From Diplonema japonicum (lineage: Eukaryota > Protista > Euglenozoa: Diplonemea), in assembly GCA_964019335.1 (NCBI GenBank), contig OZ025749.1:62001-126000 (forward strand): a DNA stretch of 64,000 nt, given 5' to 3'. This document shows, piece after piece, positions 1 through 10,321 of the stretch (position 1 is the first letter of the stretch; each line of letters starts with the position of its first letter). The translations under genes and the position numbers were made by a program. The notes under the pieces were generated by a model. That model saw only the letters and a list, made by a program, of their open reading frames with translations, had not been told where the DNA came from and ran no database searches.

Positions 1-708
1 AGCTGCCCGTACACCTGCAACGGGTTCGGACACCAGACAGGTCCCGGGAAGATCAGGTGCACCAACGTGAACGGGAAGGGGGTGTGGAAGGCGGACGTGG
101 CTGCGGGAGGGTACGACGGATGCGCTTGGACGGTCGCCCCGCCCCCTACCCCGCAGCCCACCAATGTTCCGTGCAATGACGGGGTGGAGGTGGTGGTGGG
201 GGCAGGACCTTCTTCTGCTGTCCTTCTCGGGACCCCTTTGGACGGGGAGGACCGCTTCGAAGGCAGTGGGGTGAGGCTCACAGGCATCCCTTCGAGCCTG
301 CGACAGACGAGGCTGCACGTCCCCGCCCTCCCTGTGGCCGAGGGGACCTCGATGGAGCTGAAGTGCTGTGGAACGGAGGAGTGCGAGTTCGTGGTGTCCC
401 ACTACCACTGCCCTCCTTGCTCTAGAAAGGTGAATGGGGGCTTCCCCTCCCTCCTCCCCCTCTCTGGTTTTACGTCCGCCTCCTGCGCACCTCGGTACGG
501 CACCACAGAGCAGAGGATGGTCTCCTACAGGATCCAGGTGCAGCCGGGGGAGTCCGTTGAGGTCCCCAAGACCACCACAGAGGCCTCCTCTTTCGTCGTC
601 TTCAGCCAGACTGGGGCCCTTCCCAGTGATTGGTGTCCTGCTCTGAAGAACAGGGGTTGTGGAGGACCCTGTCCCGTCACTGCTTGCTCTTGCCACACTA
701 CCTTGTGA
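1..708 (+). CDS. Cys-rich secreted protein, copy 1 (5'-truncated by window edge)
   Basis: Frame open from base 1 (SCPYTCNG...CSCHTTL*), identical to the C-terminal part of the 549-aa copies. Confidence 0.9.
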   Translation, partial: SCPYTCNGFGHQTGPGKIRCTNVNGKGVWKADVAAGGYDGCAWTVAPPPTPQPTNVPCNDGVEVVVGAGPSSAVLLGTPLDGEDRFEGSGVRLTGIPSSLRQTRLHVPALPVAEGTSMELKCCGTEECEFVVSHYHCPPCSRKVNGGFPSLLPLSGFTSASCAPRYGTTEQRMVSYRIQVQPGESVEVPKTTTEASSFVVFSQTGALPSDWCPALKNRGCGGPCPVTACSCHTTL

Positions 709-936
709 TGAGGATGATGATGATGATGTGTGGGCAAAAGCGCGAATTAATTTTTTTTTATTTCAACAAGTTTAATCTACTTCCCTCTCTTCAAGCAACT
801 TTTGCTCCTTTTGCTTCCTGAAAGAAGAAAGAAAAGAAAATGCAATTACCTCTCTTTGCATTTTATTTTTCGTTCTCTTTTTTTATTTTTAGGTGGAACA
901 AGAACAAACCCGCCCACAAACCCGCAAGTTTCTGCA

Positions 937-1012
937 GTCCTGCTCTGAAGAACGGGGGTTGTGGAGGACCCTGTCCCGTCACAGTTTGCTCTTGCCACGA
1001 TACCTTGTGATG
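937..1012 (+). repeat. Diverged duplicate of the last ~25 codons of the array gene (in every internal spacer)
   Basis: Matches 635-710 with 5 substitutions; recurs at ~4689, 8447, 12200 and 15957. Confidence 0.9.
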
Positions 1013-1085
1013 TGGTGGACAGGGGCGAAGTTTTTAATTTATTATTCACCTAAAAAAAATCATTTTAACGAATTCCTCTTCTTCT

Positions 1086-1129
<44 letters not shown>

Positions 1130-1309
1130 CTCAGGGTGAAAAAGAAAAAAGAGCAATTTTTTTGCCTTTGCAATTTGTTTCTTTTTCCTCCCGCCTTTTT
1201 TTTCATTCCCCCAACAATCCCTTCTACCACAATTCAACCCTTAATTCGGCGAATGAGGAGTAAACACCTTTTTCGAAAGGTGCTGCCTATCTCGTCTCTG
1301 AAATTGTTT

Positions 1310-1586
1310 CTTGCTGTCTGCTGAGGGCATCTTCACCATCATGGACTTCACGTACTACCCCTTCGGGAACGCGGGTACATGGGCCTTCACTGCGACTCGC
1401 TGCACATTCAAAACCCGCAGAACATCGTGCCGATACCCCACGAACAGGCAGCAAACTGCACGAGCGCAGAATCTTGGTTACCCGGGACGCACCGGCTGGG
1501 GTTGAGCTGTACACCGCACGCATTAAGGACACGACGCCCGGAACGCAGAAGAAGCTACAACTCGGCCGCGGCGCGCCCCCTGTAAT
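1310..1586 (+). pseudogene. GC-rich unidentified gene fragment in the array spacer, with a dispersed homologue at 59572-59674
   Basis: Coding-like composition with protein-like segments in shifting frames (GIFTIMDFTYYPFG / GLHCDSLHIQNPQNIVPIP / KLHERRILVTRDAPAGVELYTARIKDTTPGTQKKLQLGRG). Confidence 0.45.
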
Positions 1587-2460
1587 GTTTTTCTTCTTTT
1601 TCTCTGCTTTTCTTTTTTTTGCTTCTCATTTCCAAAATTCAACCTTCCATTCGGCAACCGAGGAGGCTTTTGATGTAAAAGGCCTCTCTCTTGTCTCTGA
1701 AAACATGGGGAAAAAATAAAATAAAAAATAAAAAGCCAATCATGTTATCGTTCTCATAATCCTCTTTCAAAAAAAAAGAGGAAAAAAAAAAAAAAATCGC
1801 TCTAGAATTCCCTTTCCCTCCCCCCTTTTCATTGTTTGCCTCGTACATGATACAAGGTTTGTACTTCCCCCCTTGGGGATGACTATCATTTACTGAAGAC
1901 AAGTGACAGGGGGGGGGGTTTTTTTTGGGTACTGGTAAGCGAAAACGTCTTCTTTCTTTCTCTCTCTTTTTTCTTCTTCTCTCTCTCCATCCCCCCTGTT
2001 TTTTTTTCTTCTCCTCTTTTTAGGAAAAGAAACATTGTGTGTTAGACCCAAGCATAACAGGGGTTCCCCACCCCCACCCCTCCCAAAGTACACACAAGTA
2101 TGATGCGGCATTTACGACCCCCTTCAGGGAACGGTTTCGCGGCCAAGGGTCGGGCGAACCGACGGTGTCATTGACAGAAAGGGAGTTTTATTTCAGTGAC
2201 TAAGAGCATCTACAAGGCGGTTCTGGTGTTCTCTCGTACTCCCCCAAGGGCACATACGACCCGCGGGACAAGCCAGAGTTCTTTGTTGTTCCTTTATCAG
2301 CAAACGATACCGACGGCCGGGTCGTTGCCCGTTTGCGATCGCCTCCCTCAACTCTTCAGTTTCGCTCCGTGATAAACTGGGACCTAGAAGAACAACGTAC
2401 ATGGCATTAGAGAAGGAGATCCAACCGATTCTGTGGTGTCTTGTGTGATCTGTGAACCGG

Positions 2461-2598
2461 GTGGAGATACTGATCGACAGGGTGATGAAGGTGACGGTGT
2501 TCCTGACAGACATGGCACACTTCGCAAGGGCGAATGAGGTGTTCTCGAAGTACTTTCGCCAGTGTCGAAGCACAATGGCGATGATGGGAGCTCGTTAG
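2461..2598 (+). pseudogene. RidA/YjgF/UK114-family C-terminal fragment (also 6215-6352, 9971-10108, 13726-13863, 17482-17619)
   Basis: Manual translation VEILIDRVMKVTVFLTDMAHFARANEVFSKYFRQCRSTMAM matches the Rid motif (VVKxTVFLxDMxDFxxxNEVYxxYF...ARS). In-frame stop at 2446; no N-terminal half. Confidence 0.7.
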
Positions 2599-2614
2599 CA
2601 TTTTTCGTAGCGAA

Positions 2615-2650
<36 letters not shown>

Positions 2651-2810
2651 GTTAAAATCCGGCGGCCGCACTCTTCCCCTCTTACTAGAAGTGGAAAACC
2701 GACAAACAGTTTTAGTTTCTTCTTCTTTTTTTTTTTCCCTCCGAACCAGCAAAAAAAAAAAAAAAAAAAAAAAAAACCAGGTAACCCTTTTTACCACTTT
2801 CCACAAACAG

Positions 2811-4460
2811 ATGTGGCGTGCAGCATGCTCTGTGGCCCTTGTCGGGCTGCTTGCGGTGCCTTCAGCGGCGCACCTGACTGTGGTGTGCACGGCGACGTCG
2901 CCGCAGCAACCGAACTCGTTCGCCTTCTGGTTCATGACCTACGACCACAGCCCTGATGTGGACAAGGCACCTGGGATGGTGTACATCAAGGACCCCAGTG
3001 CGAACGTGGTGCAGGCGGAGTTCTCGAACTTCTGCAAACCAGGGTCGGGGCTGCCGAAGGGAGGGGCAACGGTGGACGTGTTCGAAAACCTTTTGAAAAC
3101 GCACTGCCTGGGACTGTCTGACCCGAGCGGGAGGGTCCCCATCTTCTCGGACAGCCAGCTGACCTGCTACAACCCAGACACGAACAACCCTATCCCCCAC
3201 TACGCCCTGGGGGTGACGGGGAGCACCGCCGTCGACACCCCTTACCACACGAGCGTCATGACAGACTACTACTTCGTGGTGGTGGAGAACACGAACGGGG
3301 ACGTGTTGAAGTCGGGGAGCTACGTGACCTGGTTCACAGGGACGGACCAGAACATGGACCCCTGCAGCACGGACTACCCCTGTTCCCTCGCCTCGCAGGC
3401 CTGGACCTTCGACATCTCTGTGATCAACGGGGGCCCGAGGTGCAAGACGGCTCCCCCCTCTTCCCTGACGGCCAACGTGGTCCCCGCGACGCTCAGCCAG
3501 TGCGACGGGTCGGTGCTCTCCATCTTCGTGGGGGAGGTGTGCCAGGCGCAGTGCGAGGCTGGCTACTCGAAGGCCGGGGTGCTGGAGTGCGTGGACAACG
3601 GGGACGGGACAGGGTCCTGGAGCAGCGGCTTCGCCTGCACGAACGACGTTGTGTGCGAGGTACCGTCGGCGGCGAACCAGAACAACCACCTCATCAGCCC
3701 GGACATCAAGGGAGTGCTTCCCCCGTGCGGGGCGCTCACCCCCGCGGACACGAGCTGCCCGTACACCTGCAACGGGTTCGGACACCAGACAGGTCCCGGG
3801 AAGATCAGGTGCACCAACGTGAACGGGAAGGGGGTGTGGAAGGCGGACGTGGCTGCGGGAGGGTACGACGGATGCGCTTGGACGGTCGCCCCGCCCCCTA
3901 CCCCGCAGCCCACCAATGTTCCGTGCAATGACGGGGTGGAGGTGGTGGTGGGGGCAGGACCTTCTTCTGCTGTCCTTCTCGGGACCCCTTTGGACGGGGA
4001 GGACCGCTTCGAAGGCAGTGGGGTGAGGCTCACAGGCATCCCTTCGAGCCTGCGACAGACGAGGCTGCACGTCCCCGCCCTCCCTGTGGCCGAGGGGACC
4101 TCGATGGAGCTGAAGTGCTGTGGAACGGAGGAGTGCGAGTTCGTGGTGTCCCACTACCACTGCCCTCCTTGCTCTAGAAAGGTGAATGGGGGCTTCCCCT
4201 CCCTCCTCCCCCTCTCTGGTTTTACGTCCGCCTCCTGCGCACCTCGGTACGGCACCACAGAGCAGAGGATGGTCTCCTACAGGATCCAGGTGCAGCCGGG
4301 GGAGTCCGTTGAGGTCCCCAAGACCACCACAGAGGCCTCCTCTTTCGTCGTCTTCAGCCAGACTGGGGCCCTTCCCAGTGATTGGTGTCCTGCTCTGAAG
4401 AACAGGGGTTGTGGAGGACCCTGTCCCGTCACTGCTTGCTCTTGCCACACTACCTTGTGA
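2811..4460 (+). CDS. Cys-rich secreted protein (549 aa), copy 2: signal peptide, N-domain starting with His, two sushi/CCP-like modules, P/T linker, Cys-rich C-domain
   Basis: ATG at 2811 after ...ACAAACAG. Hydrophobic leader MWRAACSVALVGLLAVPSAA, very GC-rich third positions, Cys/Trp pattern CxxxCxxGY...C...W...C. Confidence 0.9.
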   Translation: MWRAACSVALVGLLAVPSAAHLTVVCTATSPQQPNSFAFWFMTYDHSPDVDKAPGMVYIKDPSANVVQAEFSNFCKPGSGLPKGGATVDVFENLLKTHCLGLSDPSGRVPIFSDSQLTCYNPDTNNPIPHYALGVTGSTAVDTPYHTSVMTDYYFVVVENTNGDVLKSGSYVTWFTGTDQNMDPCSTDYPCSLASQAWTFDISVINGGPRCKTAPPSSLTANVVPATLSQCDGSVLSIFVGEVCQAQCEAGYSKAGVLECVDNGDGTGSWSSGFACTNDVVCEVPSAANQNNHLISPDIKGVLPPCGALTPADTSCPYTCNGFGHQTGPGKIRCTNVNGKGVWKADVAAGGYDGCAWTVAPPPTPQPTNVPCNDGVEVVVGAGPSSAVLLGTPLDGEDRFEGSGVRLTGIPSSLRQTRLHVPALPVAEGTSMELKCCGTEECEFVVSHYHCPPCSRKVNGGFPSLLPLSGFTSASCAPRYGTTEQRMVSYRIQVQPGESVEVPKTTTEASSFVVFSQTGALPSDWCPALKNRGCGGPCPVTACSCHTTL

Positions 4461-4837
4461 TGAGGATGATGATGATGATGTGTGGGCAAAAGCGCGAATT
4501 AATTTTTTTTTATTTCAACAAGTTTAATCTACTTCCCTCTCTTCAAGCAACTTTTGCTCCTTTTGCTTCCTGAAAGAAGAAAGAAAAGAAAATGCAATTA
4601 CCTCTCTTTGCATTTTATTTTTCGTTCTCTTTTTTTATTTTTAGGTGGAACAAGAACAAACCCGCCCACAAACCCGCAAGTTTCTGCAGTCCTGCTCTGA
4701 AGAACGGGGGTTGTGGAGGACCCTGTCCCGTCACAGTTTGCTCTTGCCACGATACCTTGTGATGTGGTGGACAGGGGCGAAGTTTTTAATTTATTATTCA
4801 CCTAAAAAAAATCATTTTAACGAATTCCTCTTCTTCT

Positions 4838-4879
<42 letters not shown>

Positions 4880-6368
4880 CTCAGGGTGAAAAAGAAAAAA
4901 GAGCAATTTTTTTGCCTTTGCAATTTGTTTCTTTTTCCTCCCGCCTTTTTTTTCATTCCCCCAACAATCCCTTCTACCACAATTCAACCCTTAATTCGGC
5001 GAATGAGGAGTAAACACCTTTTTCGAAAGGTGCTGCCTATCTCGTCTCTGAAATTGTTTCTTGCTGTCTGCTGAGGGCATCTTCACCATCATGGACTTCA
5101 CGTACTACCCCTTCGGGAACGCGGGTACATGGGCCTTCACTGCGACTCGCTGCACATTCAAAACCCGCAGAACATCGTGCCGATACCCCACGAACAGGCA
5201 GCAAACTGCACGAGCGCAGAATCTTGGTTACCCGGGACGCACCGGCTGGGGTTGAGCTGTACACCGCACGCATTAAGGACACGACGCCCGGAACGCAGAA
5301 GAAGCTACAACTCGGCCGCGGCGCGCCCCCTGTAATGTTTTTCTTCTTTTTCTCTGCTTTTCTTTTTTTTGCTTCTCATTTCCAAAATTCAACCTTCCAT
5401 TCGGCAACCGAGGAGGCTTTTGATGTAAAAGGCCTCTCTCTTGTCTCTGAAAACATGGGGAAAAAATAAAATAAAAAATAAAAAGCCAATCATGTTATCG
5501 TTCTCATAATCCTCTTTCAAAAAAAAAGAGGAAAAAAAAAAAAAAAAAAATCGCTCTAGAATTCCCTTTCCCTCCCCCCTTTTCATTGTTTGCCTCGTAC
5601 ATGATACAAGGTTTGTACTTCCCCCCTTGGGGATGACTATCATTTACTGAAGACAAGTGACAGGGGGGGGGGTTTTTTTTGGGTACTGGTAAGCGAAAAC
5701 GTCTTCTTTCTTTCTCTCTCTTTTTTCTTCTTCTCTCTCTCCATCCCCCCTGTTTTTTTTTCTTCTTCTCTTTTTAGGAAAAGAAACATTGTGTGTTAGA
5801 CCCAAGCATAACAGGGGTTCCCCACCCCCACCCCTCCCAAAGTACACACAAGTATGATGCGGCATTTACGACCCCCTTCAGGGAACGGTTTCGCGGCCAA
5901 GGGTCGGGCGAACCGACGGTGTCATTGACAGAAAGGGAGTTTTATTTCAGTGACTAAGAGCATCTACAAGGCGGTTCTGGTGTTCTCTCGTACTCCCCCA
6001 AGGGCACATACGACCCGCGGGACAAGCCAGAGTTCTTTGTTGTTCCTTTATCAGCAAACGATACCGACGGCCGGGTCGTTGCCCGTTTGCGATCGCCTCC
6101 CTCAACTCTTCAGTTTCGCTCCGTGATAAACTGGGACCTAGAAGAACAACGTACATGGCATTAGAGAAGGAGATCCAACCGATTCTGTGGTGTCTTGTGT
6201 GATCTGTGAACCGGGTGGAGATACTGATCGACAGGGTGATGAAGGTGACGGTGTTCCTGACAGACATGGCACACTTCGCAAGGGCGAATGAGGTGTTCTC
6301 GAAGTACTTTCGCCAGTGTCGAAGCACAATGGCGATGATGGGAGCTCGTTAGCATTTTTCGTAGCGAA

Positions 6369-6407
<39 letters not shown>

Positions 6408-6503
6408 GTTAAAATCCGGCGGCCGCACTCTTCCCCTCTTACTAGAAGTGGAAAACCGACAAACAGTTTTAGTTTCTTCTTCTTTTTTTTTTTCCCTCCG
6501 AAC

Positions 6504-6534
<31 letters not shown>

Positions 6535-6568
6535 CCAGGTAACCCTTTTTACCACTTTCCACAAACAG

Positions 6569-8218
6569 ATGTGGCGTGCAGCATGCTCTGTGGCCCTTGT
6601 CGGGCTGCTTGCGGTGCCTTCAGCGGCGCACCTGACTGTGGTGTGCACGGCGACGTCGCCGCAGCAACCGAACTCGTTCGCCTTCTGGTTCATGACCTAC
6701 GACCACAGCCCTGATGTGGACAAGGCACCTGGGATGGTGTACATCAAGGACCCCAGTGCGAACGTGGTGCAGGCGGAGTTCTCGAACTTCTGCAAACCAG
6801 GGTCGGGGCTGCCGAAGGGAGGGGCAACGGTGGACGTGTTCGAAAACCTTTTGAAAACGCACTGCCTGGGACTGTCTGACCCGAGCGGGAGGGTCCCCAT
6901 CTTCTCGGACAGCCAGCTGACCTGCTACAACCCGGACACGAACAACCCTATCCCCCACTACGCCCTGGGGGTGACGGGGAGCACCGCCGTCGACACCCCT
7001 TACCACACGAGCGTCATGACAGACTACTACTTCGTGGTGGTGGAGAACACGAACGGGGACGTGTTGAAGTCGGGGAGCTACGTGACCTGGTTCACAGGGA
7101 CGGACCAGAACATGGACCCCTGCAGCACGGACTACCCCTGTTCCCTCGCCTCGCAGGCCTGGACCTTCGACATCTCTGTGATCAACGGGGGCCCGAGGTG
7201 CAAGACGGCTCCCCCCTCTTCCCTGACGGCCAACGTGGTCCCCGCGACGCTCAGCCAGTGCGACGGGTCGGTGCTCTCCATCTTCGTGGGGGAGGTGTGC
7301 CAGGCGCAGTGCGAGGCTGGCTACTCGAAGGCCGGGGTGCTGGAGTGCGTGGACAACGGGGACGGGACAGGGTCCTGGAGCAGCGGCTTCGCCTGCACGA
7401 ACGACGTTGTGTGCGAGGTACCGTCGGCGGCGAACCAGAACAACCACCTCATCAGCCCGGACATCAAGGGAGTGCTTCCCCCGTGCGGGGCACTCACCCC
7501 CGCGGACACGAGCTGCCCGTACACCTGCAACGGGTTCGGACACCAGACAGGTCCCGGGAAGATCAGGTGCACCAACGTGAACGGGAAGGGGGTGTGGAAG
7601 GCGGACGTGGCTGCGGGAGGGTACGACGGATGCGCTTGGACGGTCGCCCCGCCCCCTACCCCGCAGCCCACCAATGTTCCGTGCAATGACGGGGTGGAGG
7701 TGGTGGTGGGGGCAGGACCTTCTTCTGCTGTCCTTCTCGGGACCCCTTTGGACGGGGAGGACCGCTTCGAAGGCAGTGGGGTGAGGCTCACAGGCATCCC
7801 TTCGAGCCTGCGACAGACGAGGCTGCACGTCCCCGCCCTCCCTGTGGCCGAGGGGACCTCGATGGAGCTGAAGTGCTGTGGAACGGAGGAGTGCGAGTTC
7901 GTGGTGTCCCACTACCACTGCCCTCCTTGCTCTAGAAAGGTGAATGGGGGCTTCCCCTCCCTCCTCCCCCTCTCTGGTTTTACGTCCGCCTCCTGCGCAC
8001 CTCGGTACGGCACCACAGAGCAGAGGATGGTCTCCTACAGGATCCAGGTGCAGCCGGGGGAGTCCGTTGAGGTCCCCAAGACCACCACAGAGGCCTCCTC
8101 TTTCGTCGTCTTCAGCCAGACTGGGGCCCTTCCCAGTGATTGGTGTCCTGCTCTGAAGAACAGGGGTTGTGGAGGACCCTGTCCCGTCACTGCTTGCTCT
8201 TGCCACACTACCTTGTGA
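6569..8218 (+). CDS. Cys-rich secreted protein, copy 3
   Basis: Identical 549-aa translation. Confidence 0.9.
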   Translation: MWRAACSVALVGLLAVPSAAHLTVVCTATSPQQPNSFAFWFMTYDHSPDVDKAPGMVYIKDPSANVVQAEFSNFCKPGSGLPKGGATVDVFENLLKTHCLGLSDPSGRVPIFSDSQLTCYNPDTNNPIPHYALGVTGSTAVDTPYHTSVMTDYYFVVVENTNGDVLKSGSYVTWFTGTDQNMDPCSTDYPCSLASQAWTFDISVINGGPRCKTAPPSSLTANVVPATLSQCDGSVLSIFVGEVCQAQCEAGYSKAGVLECVDNGDGTGSWSSGFACTNDVVCEVPSAANQNNHLISPDIKGVLPPCGALTPADTSCPYTCNGFGHQTGPGKIRCTNVNGKGVWKADVAAGGYDGCAWTVAPPPTPQPTNVPCNDGVEVVVGAGPSSAVLLGTPLDGEDRFEGSGVRLTGIPSSLRQTRLHVPALPVAEGTSMELKCCGTEECEFVVSHYHCPPCSRKVNGGFPSLLPLSGFTSASCAPRYGTTEQRMVSYRIQVQPGESVEVPKTTTEASSFVVFSQTGALPSDWCPALKNRGCGGPCPVTACSCHTTL

Positions 8219-8595
8219 TGAGGATGATGATGATGATGTGTGGGCAAAAGCGCGAATTAATTTTTTTTTATTTCAACAAGTTTAATCTACTTCCCTCTCT
8301 TCAAGCAACTTTTGCTCCTTTTGCTTCCTGAAAGAAGAAAGAAAAGAAAATGCAATTACCTCTCTTTGCATTTTATTTTTCGTTCTCTTTTTTTATTTTT
8401 AGGTGGAACAAGAACAAACCCGCCCACAAACCCGCAAGTTTCTGCAGTCCTGCTCTGAAGAACGGGGGTTGTGGAGGACCCTGTCCCGTCACAGTTTGCT
8501 CTTGCCACGATACCTTGTGATGTGGTGGACAGGGGCGAAGTTTTTAATTTATTATTCACCTAAAAAAAATCATTTTAACGAATTCCTCTTCTTCT

Positions 8596-8639
<44 letters not shown>

Positions 8640-10124
8640 CTCAGGGTGAAAAAGAAAAAAGAGCAATTTTTTTGCCTTTGCAATTTGTTTCTTTTTCCTC
8701 CCGCCTTTTTTTTCATTCCCCCAACAATCCCTTCTACCACAATTCAACCCTTAATTCGGCGAATGAGGAGTAAACACCTTTTTCGAAAGGTGCTGCCTAT
8801 CTCGTCTCTGAAATTGTTTCTTGCTGTCTGCTGAGGGCATCTTCACCATCATGGACTTCACGTACTACCCCTTCGGGAACGCGGGTACATGGGCCTTCAC
8901 TGCGACTCGCTGCACATTCAAAACCCGCAGAACATCGTGCCGATACCCCACGAACAGGCAGCAAACTGCACGAGCGCAGAATCTTGGTTACCCGGGACGC
9001 ACCGGCTGGGGTTGAGCTGTACACCGCACGCATTAAGGACACGACGCCCGGAACGCAGAAGAAGCTACAACTCGGCCGCGGCGCGCCCCCTGTAATGTTT
9101 TTCTTCTTTTTCTCTGCTTTTCTTTTTTTTGCTTCTCATTTCCAAAATTCAACCTTCCATTCGGCAACCGAGGAGGCTTTTGATGTAAAAGGCCTCTCTC
9201 TTGTCTCTGAAAACATGGGGAAAAAATAAAATAAAAAATAAAAAGCCAATCATGTTATCGTTCTCATAATCCTCTTTCAAAAAAAAAGAGGAAAAAAAAA
9301 AAAAAATCGCTCTAGAATTCCCTTTCCCTCCCCCCTTTTCATTGTTTGCCTCGTACATGATACAAGGTTTGTACTTCCCCCCTTGGGGATGACTATCATT
9401 TACTGAAGACAAGTGACAGGGGGGGGGGTTTTTTTTGGGTACTGGTAAGCGAAAACGTCTTCTTTCTTTCTCTCTCTTTTTTCTTCTTCTCTCTCTCCAT
9501 CCCCCCTGTTTTTTTTTCTTCTCCTCTTTTTAGGAAAAGAAACATTGTGTGTTAGACCCAAGCATAACAGGGGTTCCCCACCCCCACCCCTCCCAAAGTA
9601 CACACAAGTATGATGCGGCATTTACGACCCCCTTCAGGGAACGGTTTCGCGGCCAAGGGTCGGGCGAACCGACGGTGTCATTGACAGAAAGGGAGTTTTA
9701 TTTCAGTGACTAAGAGCATCTACAAGGCGGTTCTGGTGTTCTCTCGTACTCCCCCAAGGGCACATACGACCCGCGGGACAAGCCAGAGTTCTTTGTTGTT
9801 CCTTTATCAGCAAACGATACCGACGGCCGGGTCGTTGCCCGTTTGCGATCGCCTCCCTCAACTCTTCAGTTTCGCTCCGTGATAAACTGGGACCTAGAAG
9901 AACAACGTACATGGCATTAGAGAAGGAGATCCAACCGATTCTGTGGTGTCTTGTGTGATCTGTGAACCGGGTGGAGATACTGATCGACAGGGTGATGAAG
10001 GTGACGGTGTTCCTGACAGACATGGCACACTTCGCAAGGGCGAATGAGGTGTTCTCGAAGTACTTTCGCCAGTGTCGAAGCACAATGGCGATGATGGGAG
10101 CTCGTTAGCATTTTTCGTAGCGAA

Positions 10125-10161
<37 letters not shown>

Positions 10162-10321
10162 GTTAAAATCCGGCGGCCGCACTCTTCCCCTCTTACTAGA
10201 AGTGGAAAACCGACAAACAGTTTTAGTTTCTTCTTCTTTTTTTTTTTCCCTCCGAACCAGCAAAAAAAAAAAAAAAAAAAAAAAAAACCAGGTAACCCTT
10301 TTTACCACTTTCCACAAACAG

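Noticed and set aside
706-728. TGATGA repeats after the stop as snoRNA box C
   Set aside because: Simple (ATG)n microsatellite with no paired box D or terminal stem seen.
635-1012. Gene 3' end plus nearby diverged copy as a DGR variable/template repeat pair
   Set aside because: The five mismatches are not confined to adenines in either copy, there is no reverse transcriptase in the window, and all gene copies are invariant.
2193-2573. 126-aa minus-strand ORF in each spacer
   Set aside because: The opposite strand carries the recognisable RidA fragment; no motif support.
2691-2810. 589-aa N-terminally extended form of the array protein (also 10202)
   Set aside because: GTG start running through a poly-A whose length differs between copies, so it is in frame in only two. 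The signal peptide begins at ATG 2811.
2862-4448. 528-aa antisense ORF in each unit
   Set aside because: Shadow of a high-GC3 sense gene; R/G/V/H-rich with no domain pattern.
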